A stretch of DNA of 64,000 bases, from NCBI RefSeq assembly GCF_009914755.1, contig NC_060931.1. One strand, 5' to 3'. This DNA comes from the human T2T-CHM13v2.0 reference genome, Homo sapiens. How positions within the stretch are numbered: the stretch's first letter is position 1; each line of letters begins with the position of its first letter. This document shows positions 12,240-25,074 of the stretch, piece after piece. The notes under the pieces are model-generated. The model was not told the DNA's origin. It made no database searches and was given only the letters and a program-made list of their open reading frames with translations. The position numbers were made by a program, and so were the translations under genes.

Positions 12240-14620
12240 ACACCTCCCTGAGACAGAGTTTCCAGAGGGAGGAGTGGGCCACCATCTTTGCTGTTTTACA
12301 GCTTCAGCCACAGTTGCCTTAGGGCTCTAGCAAGTCCGAGGCAACAAGGGACTGGAGAAGTCCCCCAGCACAGTACAGCAGCTCTGCCGAGAAGTGGCCA
12401 GATTGTTTATTCACATGGATCCTGAATTCTGTTTCTCCTCACTGGGTGAAATCTTCTGACGGGGTCTCCCGTCATCCCACCAGTGTTTTCCGGCCAACAT
12501 AGGTTTCAAACCTCCCTGGGATGGGGCTCCCAGAGTGTAGTGGGCTGCCATCTTTGCTGTTTGGCTGACTCAGTCGTTCTTGCTTTCAGTCTTTAGAGAG
12601 TCCAAGGTGACTGGGACTCCCCAGCACAGCACAGCTGCTCTAAGAAAAGATGTCCAGACTGCTGTTCTAAAGATGTCCAGACTGCTGTTCTAAGAGGGTC
12701 CCAATCCTGTTCCTCCTCACTGGGTGGGATTTCCCAACTCAGGTCTCCAGTTACCCCTGCCAGGGTTTTCTGGCCAACGGTGGTTTTGAACCTTCCTGGG
12801 ATGGAGTTACCAGAGGCAGGGGCGGGTCACCATTTTTGCTGTTTGGCTCAGCTGTTCTTGCCTTTGGGCTTTGAAGAGCCTGAGGCAACCGGGGACTGAG
12901 CAGACTCCTAGCACAGAACAGCTCCTCTATGAAAATGTGGCCAGATTGCTGTTTTAAGCAGCTCCCCAACCCGTTCCTCCTCACAGGCCAGCACCTCCTG
13001 ACTTGGTCTCCAGCCACCTTCTACAATGCATTTGGGCCAGCAAAAGGTGTCTAACTCCCTGGGATGGAGCTTCTAGGGGGAGGGACAGGCTGCCATCTTT
13101 TCTGTATTGCAGCTTTCATCGTTGATACCTCCACGTATTGGAAAATCAGAGGTGACTAGGGACTGAAGTGGGCCCCCATCATACCGCAGCCGTCCTACAA
13201 AAAGGTGTCCAGACTTTTATGTAGGTGCCCATTTCCATATCTCCTCACTGGATGAGTCCTCCAGGCCTGGGTCTCCAGCCACCCCCACCAGGGCTATCAA
13301 GCCAGGAGCAGCTCTGCAACTCCCCAGACAGAGCTCTCTCAGTGGGAGGGATGGGTTGCCATCTTTGCTGCCTTTCAGCCTTTGCCCTTGCTGTCTCCAG
13401 GCTTGGGAGCGTCTGTGGGGACCAGGAGCTCATCCAGACCCACAGCAGAGAGCAACTACTTCACAGAAAAATGGCCAGACTATTCTCCACACAGATCCTG
13501 GTACTTGCTGCTCCTCACTTGGCAGGATCACCTGACCTGGGACTCCAGCACAACCACCTTGCCCCCACCTGATCACCACAATCAGAGACAGCCCAGCATT
13601 TCTCTGAGGAGGAAATCCCAGAGTCAACCTACCACCCCTCCACCACTACGGTTGCAGTGGTAGAGCCCTAACAGCCCTTAGACTAGGAAGGAACAAAGGG
13701 CACTTCCAGCACACTGCAGCCACCATACAGAGAGGAGTCCAGCTCCTCTCCTCTGGGAACCCTCAGCCCCACTCTTCACCAGGCAGGGCACCAGCCTCAT
13801 GAACATAGGACAGTTACCCCACCCATGGCTAACCATACCCACTGGTAATGGACTAGAGTTTCCCCACAGAGAGATTCCCAGAGGCATACAACAGCCCTTA
13901 TGCCACTGCCACGGTAACAGTTCTATCCCTCCTGCCCTTGGTCTGGGGAAGAAACAAAGAGCCTGAAGGCTATAGCCATGCTGCTTATAGCACACCATCA
14001 CTGCCATATGAAGAGGAGACCAATTTCTCCTCCCTGTGAGCCTTAGACCCCCTGCACCCCAACAAGTGGAAGCCCAACTCACTCCAGCAGTGCAGCCATC
14101 CCACCCCACTGCCTGAACACCCCAACTAAGAGTGGCTTCACATTTCCTGGAGGTGGGGCCCTTAGGGACAACTGAAAGCCTCTCTGCCACTGCCTCTGCA
14201 GTGGAACTGCCCTTCCCACCCTCAGACTAAAGAAGGAACAAAGACCCTAAATGCCTTCTCTATACCTCAAACAAGCTGCTGTCAACCCAAGAAGAGGAGG
14301 CCTGTCCATCTCCCGCAGGCACTCCACATCTGGCTCATCACCAGACAGGGAACCCCTGGCTTGGGCCCACAGCACAGACCCTCCATGCTCAGTGCTGATC
14401 GCACTGAGCACAGCACAGAACCCTCAGCACTGATTGCACTGAGCAATTACTGACTTGCATCTCTCTGGGGTGAAGTCCCCAGAAGAAAAGCAAGAGACCT
14501 TTTACCACACCACTACTAGGTCCCTTTTTCTCAGCCGCCTCCAAGCTGGGGAAGGAACATAAACCCTGACATCACCCCAGAGCTGTGGTGGGCACCCCAG
14601 GAATGCCAAGTTGTGATCTA
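12240..14620 (+). repeat. Diverged tandem array of about nine 260-320 bp monomers within the L1 5'UTR
   Basis: (g/a)ccatctttgctg-like anchor at 12281, 12547, 12829, 13092, 13358; gaagg/aaacaaag-like anchor at 13687, 13948, 14232, 14551. Confidence 0.85.
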
Positions 14621-14933
14621 TAGCCACCACTGAAGTGGGAGAGGAGTCCACACTTTCCAAGCATTGAGAGAGAGCACAGCTGCAACTATTAGGAAATATA
14701 GGAGAGCCCCATGACCAAGCAAGAGCCTAGCAACTGACCAGTATGCCTAAGTACCACCTACTAGACCACACCCCAAAGCTTTGACACCAAAAATACCTCC
14801 TGTGAAACAAACACAAGAAGTCAGCTACGAATAATGACCCTGGCACAAAGACTTGGCCCTGTGAAAACATCCAGAAAATAAGTCTGTTGACTACTAAATC
14901 TAACTGCAGTTAAAGGAACACCCAGATACAGAG

Positions 14934-15951
14934 GTGAGAAAGAACCAATACAAGAACTCCAGTAACTCAAATGGCAAGACTATTTATGTCCTCCAAATGA
15001 CTGTACCAGTTCACCATCAAGGGTTCTTAACCAGGATGAGCTGGCTGGTTAAGCATTCTGAATTCTGAATTCTATTCAATTCAGGAATAGAATTAAGAAT
15101 ACGGATAGGAATGAAGATTATCAAGATTCAGGAGAATGGTATAACCTAATCCAAGGAAACTAAGAATGACAACAAAATGATACAGAAGCTGTGAAAGACA
15201 AAGCAGCCAGTATAAGAAAGAACCTAATGGATCTGACAGAGCTGAAAAACACACTACAAAAATTTCACAATGCATTCACAAGTATTAACAGCAGAATAGA
15301 TCAAGCTGAGGAAAGGATCTCAGAATTTGAAGACTGACTCTCTAAAATAAGACAGTCAGACAAAAATAAAGAAAAAAGAATAAAGAGGAATGAACAAAGC
15401 TTCTGAGAAGCATGGGATTATGGAAAGAGGCCAAATCTATGAATCATTGGCATCCCTGAAAGGGACAGGGAGAAAGCAAACAACTTGGAAAACATATTTC
15501 AGGATATCATCCATGAAAACTTCTCCAACCTTGGTTAGAGGCCAGCAGCCAAATTCAAGAAATAGAGAGAACCCCTATGAGATTTTACACAAGAATATCA
15601 ATGCCAAGACACATAATCATTAGATTTTCTAAGTCAAAATGAAAGAAAGAATGTTAAAAGCAGCTATAGACAAAGGGCAGGTCACCTACAAAAGACAGCC
15701 CCATAAGGCTAACAGTGGACCTCTCAGTTGAATTCCTACAAGCCAGAAGAGATTGAGGACCTTTATTCAACATTCTTAAAGAAAAATATCTTCAGCCAAG
15801 AATTTCGTATCCAGCCAAACTAAGCTTCCTAAGCAAAGGAAAAATAAGATCCCTTTTAGATAAGCACATGTTGAGGAAATTCATTACCACCAGACCTGCC
15901 TTACAAGGGGTCTTGAAAGGAGCACTAAATCTAGAAAAGGAAGACTACTAA
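14934..15951 (+). pseudogene. L1 ORF1p remnant, disrupted by stops and frameshifts
   Basis: gtgagaaagaaccaatacaagaactcc start region; gcagaatagatcaagctgaggaaagg and ccaagaatttcgtatccagccaaactaagcttc ORF1 motifs. Confidence 0.8.
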
Positions 15952-18900
15952 TGGTCAATAAAAAAATACACTTAAATACACAAACTAGTGACAATATAAA
16001 GCAACCACACAAACAAGCCAGCAAAATAACCAGTTAACAACACAATGACAGGATCGAATCCCCACATATCAATACTAACCTTGAATGTAAATAGGCTAAA
16101 TGCCCCACTTAAAAAGCACAGAGTGACAACATAGATAAAAAAGCCAGACTCAATGGTATGCTGTCTTCACGAGACCCATCTCACAAGTAGTGATACCAGT
16201 AGGCCCAAAATAAAGGGATGGAGGAAAATCTACCAAGCAAATGGAAATGAGAAAAAGCAGGAGTTGCAATCCTAACTTCAGACAAAACAGACTTTAAACT
16301 TCAGACAAAACAGACTTTAAAAGATCAAAAAAGACAAAGAAGAGTATTACATAATGGTAAAGGGTTCACTTCAACAAGAAGACTTAACTATCCTAAATAT
16401 ATATGCACCCAACACAGGAGCACTCCGATTCATAAAGCAAGTTCTTAGAGACTTACAAAGAGACTTAGAATCCCTCACAATAATAGCGGGAGACTTCAAC
16501 CTTTGGTGACAGTATTAGACAGATCATCAAGGCAGAAAATTAACAAAGACATTCAGGACCTGAGCTCAACATTGGACCAAATGGACCTGATAGACTTCTA
16601 CGGAACTTTCTACTCAAAAACAACAGAATATACATTCCTCTAATTGTCACATAGCACATACTCTAAAATCAACCACATAATTGGACATAAAACAATCCCC
16701 AGCAAATGCAAAAGAACTGAAATTATACCAAACACACTCTCAGACCAAAGCATAATAAAAATAGAAGTCAAGACTGACAAAAATGTTCAAATCCATGCAG
16801 TTACATGGGTATTGAACAACCTGATCCTGAATGACTTTTGGGTAAATAATAAAATTAAGGCAGAAACCAAGAAGGTCTTTGAAACTAATGAGAACAAAGA
16901 TACAACATACCAGAATCTGTGGGATGCAGCTAAGGCCATGTTAAGAGGGAAATTCATCACACTAAATGCCCACATCAAAAAGTTAGAAACATCTCAGATT
17001 AACAACCTCACATCACAACAGAAAGAGTAAGAGAAGCAAGAGCAAGTCAACCCCAAAGCTAGCAGAAGACAAGAAATCACTGAAATTAGAGCTGAACTGA
17101 AGGAAATCAATACACTAAAAACAATTCAAAAGATGAATGAATCCAAGAATTTGTTTTTTAAAAACTAATAAGATAGGCCACTAACTAGACTAATGAAAAA
17201 GGAGAAGATCCGCATAAGCACAGTTAGAAATGGCAAGGGGAATGTTACCACTGATCCTGCAGAAATAAAAATAACCATCACAAACTACTATGAACACCTC
17301 TATGCACAGAAACTAGAAAACCTAGAAGAAATAGATTAATTCCTGCACACAAACACCTTCCCAGGACTGAACCAGGAAGAAATTTATTCCCTGAACAGAA
17401 CAATAATGAGCTCCAAAATTGAATCAGTAATAAATAGCCCACCAAACAAAAAAAGCCCAGGATGAGAGGGAATTGCAGCTGAATTCTACTAGATGTACGA
17501 AGAAGAGCATTCTGAATTCTGGTACCATTCTTATTGATACTATTCCAAAAAACTGAGGAGGAGGGACTCCTCCTCAACTCATTCTATAAGGCCAGCATCA
17601 TCCTGATATCAAAACCTGGCAGACACTCACACACAAAAAAATACTTCAGGCCAATATCCTTAATGAACATCAATGCAAAAATCATCAACAAAATACTTAC
17701 AAATCGAGTCCAGTAGCACATCAGAAAGCTAATCTACCATGAAGAAGTAGGCTTCAACCCCAGCATGCAAGACTGGTTCAACATATGCAAATCAATAAAT
17801 GTGATTCATCATATAAACAGAACTAAAGACATAAACCACATGATTATCTCAATAGATGCAGAAAAGATTTTAAATAAAATTCAACATCCCTTCATGGTAA
17901 AAACTCTCACTAAACTAGGTATTGAATAAACATATCTCAAAATAATGAGAGCCATCCATGACTAACTCACAGCCAACATCATAGTGAATGGGCAAAGGCT
18001 GGAATTATTCCCCTTGAAAACTGGCACAAAACAAGGAGGTCCTCTTTCATCACTCCTATTCAACATAGTATTGAAAGTCCTGGCCACAGCAATCAGGAAG
18101 GAGAAAGAGAAGGACATCCAAATAGGGAAGGAGGAATTCAAACTATCCCTGTTTGCCGATGACATAATTCTATATCTAGAAAGCCCCCTAATCTCAGCAC
18201 AAAAGTTCCTTCAGCTGATAAACAACTTTAGCAAAGTCTCATAATACAAAATCAATGTACAAAAATCACTAGCATTCATATATACCAACAACAGCCAAGC
18301 TAAATGCCAAATCAGGAATGCAATCTCATTAACAGTTGCCAAAAGGAGAATAAAATACCTAGGCATACAGCTAACCAGGGAGGTGAAAAATATCTACAAG
18401 AACTACAAACCACTGCTTAAAAAATCAGAAATGATACAAATAAAAAAACATCCCATGGTAATGGATAGGAAGAATCAATATCATTGAAATGGCTGTAATG
18501 CCCAAAGCAATTTATAGATCCAATGCTATTCCTATAAACTACCAGTGACATTCTTCACAGAACTAGAAAAAACTGTTTTAAAATTCACATGGAACCAAAA
18601 AGAGAACAAATAGTCAAGGCAATCCAGGACAAAGCTGCGGTGATTATGTTACCTGACTTCAAACTATACCACAGGGCAACAGTGACCAAAACAGCATGGT
18701 GCTGATATAAAAACAGACACATAAACCGATGGAACAGAATAAAGAGCTCAGAAATAAGGCTGCACATCTACAACCATCTGATTTTTATGAAGCTGACAAA
18801 AACAAGCAATGGGGAAAAGACTCCCTGTTAAATAAATAGTGCTGGGATAACTGGCTAGCTATATGCAGAAGATCAAAACTGGACCCCTTCCTTACACCAT

Positions 18901-19391
18901 ATACAAAAATCAACTCAAGATACATTAAAGACTTAAATGTAAAACCCAAAACTCTAAAAACCCCGGTTGCCTGGAAGACAACCTAGGCAATACCATCCTG
19001 TACATAGAAATGGGCAAAGATTTCATGACAAAGACACCAAAAGCAATTGCAACAAAAAGAAAAATTGACAAATGGGATCTAATTAAACTTCAGAGCTTCT
19101 GCACAGCAGACATCCTACAGAATGGGAAAAAATATTTGCTTGCAAACTATGCATCTGACAAAGGTCTAATATCCAGCATCTCTAAGACAAACAAATTTAC
19201 AAGAGAAAACAAAGAACTCCATTAAAAAGTGAGCAAAGGACATGAACAGACACTTTTATGAAGAAGACATACATGCAGTCAACAAGCATATAAAAAAAGC
19301 TCAATATCATTTATTATTAGAGAAATACAAATCAAAATCACAATCAGATACCATCTCACACCAGCCAGAATGGCTATTATTAAAAAGTCAA

Positions 19392-19989
<598 letters not shown>

Positions 19990-20660
19990 AAAAGTCAAAA
20001 AACAACAGATGCTATGCGGTTGCAAAGAAAAGAGAATGTTTATACACTGTTGGTTGGTGTGTAAATTTATTTAACCATTATGGAAAGCAGTATGGTAATT
20101 CCTCAAAGAGCTAATAACAAAATTACCATTAAACCCAGCAATCCCATTACTGAGTGTATACCCAAAGGAATGTAAATCATTCTACCATAAAGACACATGT
20201 ACGCAAATGTTCATTGCAGTTTTATTCATAATAGCAATGACATGGAATCAACCTAAATGCCCATCAATGAGATTAGATGGTACATGTACACCATGGAATA
20301 CTATGCAGCCATAAAAAAGAAAAAGATCATGTCTTTTGTGGGAACATGGATGGAGCTGGAGGCCATTATATTTAGCAAACTAGTGCAGGACTAGAAAGCC
20401 AAATACTGTATGTTCTCACTTATACATGGGAGCTAAATGATGAGAACTCATGAACAGAAAGAAGAGAACAACAGACAGTGGGACCAACTTGAGGATGGAG
20501 GGTGGGAGGAGGGAGAAGAGCAGAAAAAGTAACTATTGGGTACTAGGCTTAGCACCTGGGTGATGAAATAATCTGTGCATTAAACCCCCAAGACACGACT
20601 TTACCTTTATAACAAACCTGCACATGTACTCCTAAACTTAAAACAAAAGTTTTTTTAAAA

Positions 20661-20735
20661 AGGATTATCTGCCCCGTTTTAAGATGGAAGAAACTGAGGC
20701 ACCAAATTCTCACAGACAGAGTAAATTTTCCTAGT
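20661..20735 (-). mobile_element. MIR SINE, right half
   Basis: ccccgttttaagatggaagaaactgaggcac matches the antisense MIR core. Confidence 0.65.
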
Positions 20736-20926
20736 CATTATGCTCTGTAAATCTTCATTTAGTTCTTCTCTACTAATCACAAAAATTGAGTGGCTCTGTC
20801 TATTACATGTATGATACTAAAGTTGTGGAAATGTGTGTCTAAATTATTTTCTAGAAAATCTGTATTCGTTTCCATCTCTATGGGCAGGGTAGCGAGTTGC
20901 CCGTCTTTGTTCCTGGCAAAATACTA

Positions 20927-20930
20927 GACA

Positions 20931-20967
<37 letters not shown>
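20927..20967. repeat. (CA)n microsatellite
   Basis: About 20 CA units with one interruption. Confidence 0.95.
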
Positions 20968-20969
<2 letters not shown>

Positions 20970-22304
20970 ATGCACGAAGTCTGCCAATTAGGATATTAAA
21001 AAATGTCCTCTTAATTTGCTTAACTTTCTCTTTCTTTGATTACTAGGGGGTTGATTTTTTTCCCCATTGGTCATTTCCCTTTCTCCTTAAACGATTTGTC
21101 AGTTCATAGACTTTGTTCAATTTCCTCTGATAGCATTTTTAAATTAGTAATTTGGAAGAGCTCTTCACTGACAATTGTAAATACTTCTAGATCATATATA
21201 TTTTAATTGTTTTTTAAAATTAGAATATCATTTCTTATTTTATTATGATTATAGTCATTTTGGGGGCATATCTTTCCTACCATAAGATGTATGAATATAG
21301 ATGCCTCCATATTTTCTTCAGAACATTTTTTATTATTGAATAACTTTTAATTACATTTAATTATAAATTAGTTCAGACTGATCATTTAATTACATAATGA
21401 TTTAGTTATAGATTAGTTCAAATTGGCTTCTTTAACTTAGCAATATGCATTAGAGTTTCTCCCATACTTTTCATGGCTTAATAGTTCATTTCATTTTAGC
21501 ACTGAGTAATATTCCATTGTCTGGACATGCCACAGTTTATTCTTTTACCTACTGAAAAGTGTCTTGTTTGTTGGAAGTTTCAGAATTACTAATAAAGCTG
21601 CTACAAACATCAGTGTGTCGGTTTTTGTATAGACATAAGGTTTCAACTCCTTTGGGTAAACACCAAGAGGTGTGATTGCTGGATCGTATGGTAAGAGTAT
21701 GGTGAGTTTTGTAAGAAACTGCCAAATTGCCTTCCAAAGTGGCTGTGCCATTATTCATTCCCACTAGCAATGAACAAGATTTTTTGCTCTACACCTTCAT
21801 CAGCATTTGGTGTTGTCAGTGTTCTGGATTTGAGCCTTTCTAATAGGAGTGTAGTGGCATTTCACTGCTCTTTTACTTTATATATTTCCCTGATGACATA
21901 TGACATTGAGCATCTTTCTATATGCTTATTTATCTCCTGTGTATCTTTGTTAGTGAGATGACTGTTAATGTTTTTGACCCGTTTTTTTCAATTGAGTTGT
22001 TTGTTTTCTTACTGTTAAGTATTAAGTGTTCTTTATATATTTTGGATAACAGTCCTTTATCAGATATGTCTTTTGCAAATATTTCTTCCTGGTCTGTGGC
22101 TTGTGTTTTCACTCTCTTAACAGTATCTTTTGTGAGGTAAAAAAAGTTCTTAATTTTAATGAAGTCCAGCTTATCAGTTCTTTCTTTTATGGATTATACC
22201 TTTGTTGTTGTATCTAAAAAGTCATCACCAAACCCCAAATTGGCTGGATTTTATCCTACATAATGTTCTAGGAGCTTTAGAGTTTTGTGTTTTACATTTA
22301 GGTC

Positions 22305-22603
22305 ATTTATTTATTTATTTAGAGGCGGAGTCTCGCTCTGTCACCCACACTGGAGTGCAGTGACATGATCTCGAGTCACTGCTACCTCTACCTCTCCGGT
22401 TCAAGCAATTCTCCTGCCTCAGCCTCCCAAGCAGCTGAGACCACAGGCATGCGCCACCACACCTGGCTAATTTTTACATTTTTGGTAGAGACGGAGTTTT
22501 ACCATATTGGCCAGGCTGGTCTCAAACTCCTGACCTTAGCCTCCCAGCCACCTCAGCCTCCCAAAGTGCTGGGATTACAGGCCGTAAGCCACCATGCCCA
22601 GCC
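22305..22603 (-). mobile_element. AluS (Sx-like)
   Basis: (ATTT)n tail then gaggcggagtctcgctctgtcaccc...ccaccatgcccagcc; TCATTTATTT on both sides. Confidence 0.92.
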
Positions 22604-23075
22604 TATCATTTATTTGTAGTTAATTTTATTAAGAGTATAATGTCTATGTCCAGATTTATATTTTTGCTTATGGCTGTCCATTTGTTCCAGTATCACTTAC
22701 TGAAAAAGCTATTTTTTCTCCATTGTATTACCTTTGCTCCTCTATCAAAAATCAGTTTCTGGGCTCATTATTTTGTTTCATTGATCTATTTGTCTATTCT
22801 TTTACCAATATCACACTACCTTCATTATAATAGTACTATGCTAATTCTTGAAATTGGGTAGGGTCAGTCCTAAGATTTTGTTGTTCTTCAATATTATGTT
22901 GGCTATTCTGGGTCTTTTGCCTCTCTATATAAACTTTAAAATTAGTCTGTTGATATCCATAAAATAAGTTGCTGGTATTTTAACTGATATTGCTCTGAAT
23001 AAACAGATCAGTTTGAGAAGAACTAATATACTGACTATATTGAGTCTTCTTATCAATTAACATGAAATATCTCTC

Positions 23076-23232
23076 AGCCAGGTGCAGTAGCTCAGGCCTA
23101 TAATCCTGAGACTTTGAGAGGCTGAAGTGGGCAGATGGCTTGAGCCCAGGAGTTCAAGATCAGCCTGGGCAACGTGGTGAAACTCCATCTCTACAAACAT
23201 ATATATATATATCCATCTCTACAAAAAAAAAT

Positions 23233-23283
<51 letters not shown>

Positions 23284-23424
23284 CCAGACATGGTGGTGTG
23301 TGCCTGTAGTCCCAGCTACTAAGGAAGCTGAGGTGGGAGGATCACCTGAGCCCAGGAGCTCTGATTGTGCCACTGCCCTCCATCCTGAGTGACAGAGTGA
23401 GACCCTGTCTAAAAAACGAAACAA
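23076..23424 (+). mobile_element. AluJ-like, linker expanded into (AT)n and (CA)n microsatellites
   Basis: agccaggtgcagtagctcaggcc...ttgagcccaggagttcaag; linker 23195-23282 has a repeated tccatctctacaaa, (TA)n and about 21 CA units. Confidence 0.9.
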
Positions 23425-23869
23425 ATCTATTTAGTTCTTTTGTGATTTCTTTCACCAGACTTTTGTATTCCTCCTCATATTGAGCTTATACATATTTTGT
23501 TAGGTTTATACCTAAGTACTTCATTTTGTGTGCTAATGTAAATAGCATTGTGTTTTTAATTTAAAAGTCCACTTGTTAATTCCTGGTATATAGAAAACCA
23601 ATTGACTTGTGGGTATTAATCTTGTATTCTGCAACTGTACTGTAATCATTTATTAGTTTCAAGGATTTTTTGTGTCAGTTCTTTTGGATTCTCTAGTCAA
23701 TCCTGTCATCTGCAAACAAAAACGGTTTTATTTCCTCCTTCCCGATTTGCATATGTTTTCTTTCTTTTTCTTGTCTTATTCCATTAGCCAGGCCTTCCAG
23801 TATGATACAAAAAATGATATCTGTAAGTGATATCTGAAAAATGATTATTGAAAGGGGGCATCTTTGCCC

Positions 23870-24158
<289 letters not shown>

Positions 24159-25074
24159 TGATCTTAGTGGGAAAGCATCAAGTTTCCAATGTGTGATGGT
24201 TATGTGTGATGTTAGCTGAAAGATACTTACAGATATTATTTATCAGGTTGATGAAGTCCTACTCTATTCCTAGTTTGTGGAGCGTTTTTATTATGAAACA
24301 GTGTTACATTTTGTCAAATGCTTTTTATGCTTCTACTGATATTAGGTGATTTTTCTTCATTAGGGTATTGATGTGATGTGTCACATTAATTGATTTTTGA
24401 GTGTTGAGTTAGCCTTGCATAACTGGAATATAATTCATTTTATACATTATTGGATTTGATTTGCTAATATTTTATTGGAAATATTTGCATCTATGTTGAT
24501 AACAGATATTGGTCTTTTGTTTGCTTTTCTTATAATGTCTTATAATGTTCCAAACTCAAAAGGTTTGGGTAATAGGGTAATGCTGGCCTCATCGAATGAG
24601 TTAGAAAGTATTCCTTCTGTTTCTATTTTCAGAAAGAGATTTTAGAAATTTGGTATAGCTGCCGATTACCAAAACTGACTTTATGAAAGAGAAAAATCAA
24701 AATTGATTTGAATCTTCAGTCACTATTTAATACAAATTAAAATTGTTGACAGTTAAATATCTATTTTAAAATATAATTCCATGTTTATTCATATCTTCCC
24801 CATTTATTCTTGAGTAAATTTTATATTTCTGTTGAGTCAGATTTAATTGACTAGTATATAGTATTTATTCTGGTAATGATTCTCATCATATACATTTTTT
24901 TAAATGTAGAGAACAAAAATGAAACGGCAAATGTGCAGGATCCTTGCTTTGAAATTTCAAAATCCCCTGACTTCTATGGTTGATAGTATTGTGGAAGAAA
25001 CATCCAAACCAAGTTATTTTGACTGATGATCTTTCCCCATTCTCCAGAAAAGAGCTCTGGCCAAGAGCTTCAAA

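Noticed and set aside
13678-14190. Longest ORF (170 aa, minus strand) as an ORF0-like antisense L1 protein
   Set aside because: Begins at a non-ATG codon, lies in GC-rich diverged monomers where stops are rare, and shows no similarity I recognise to L1 ORF0.
12240-14620. Regularly spaced short motifs as a CRISPR-like repeat-spacer array
   Set aside because: The intervening sequences are homologous to one another (diverged monomers), the context is a eukaryotic L1 5'UTR, and there are no cas genes.
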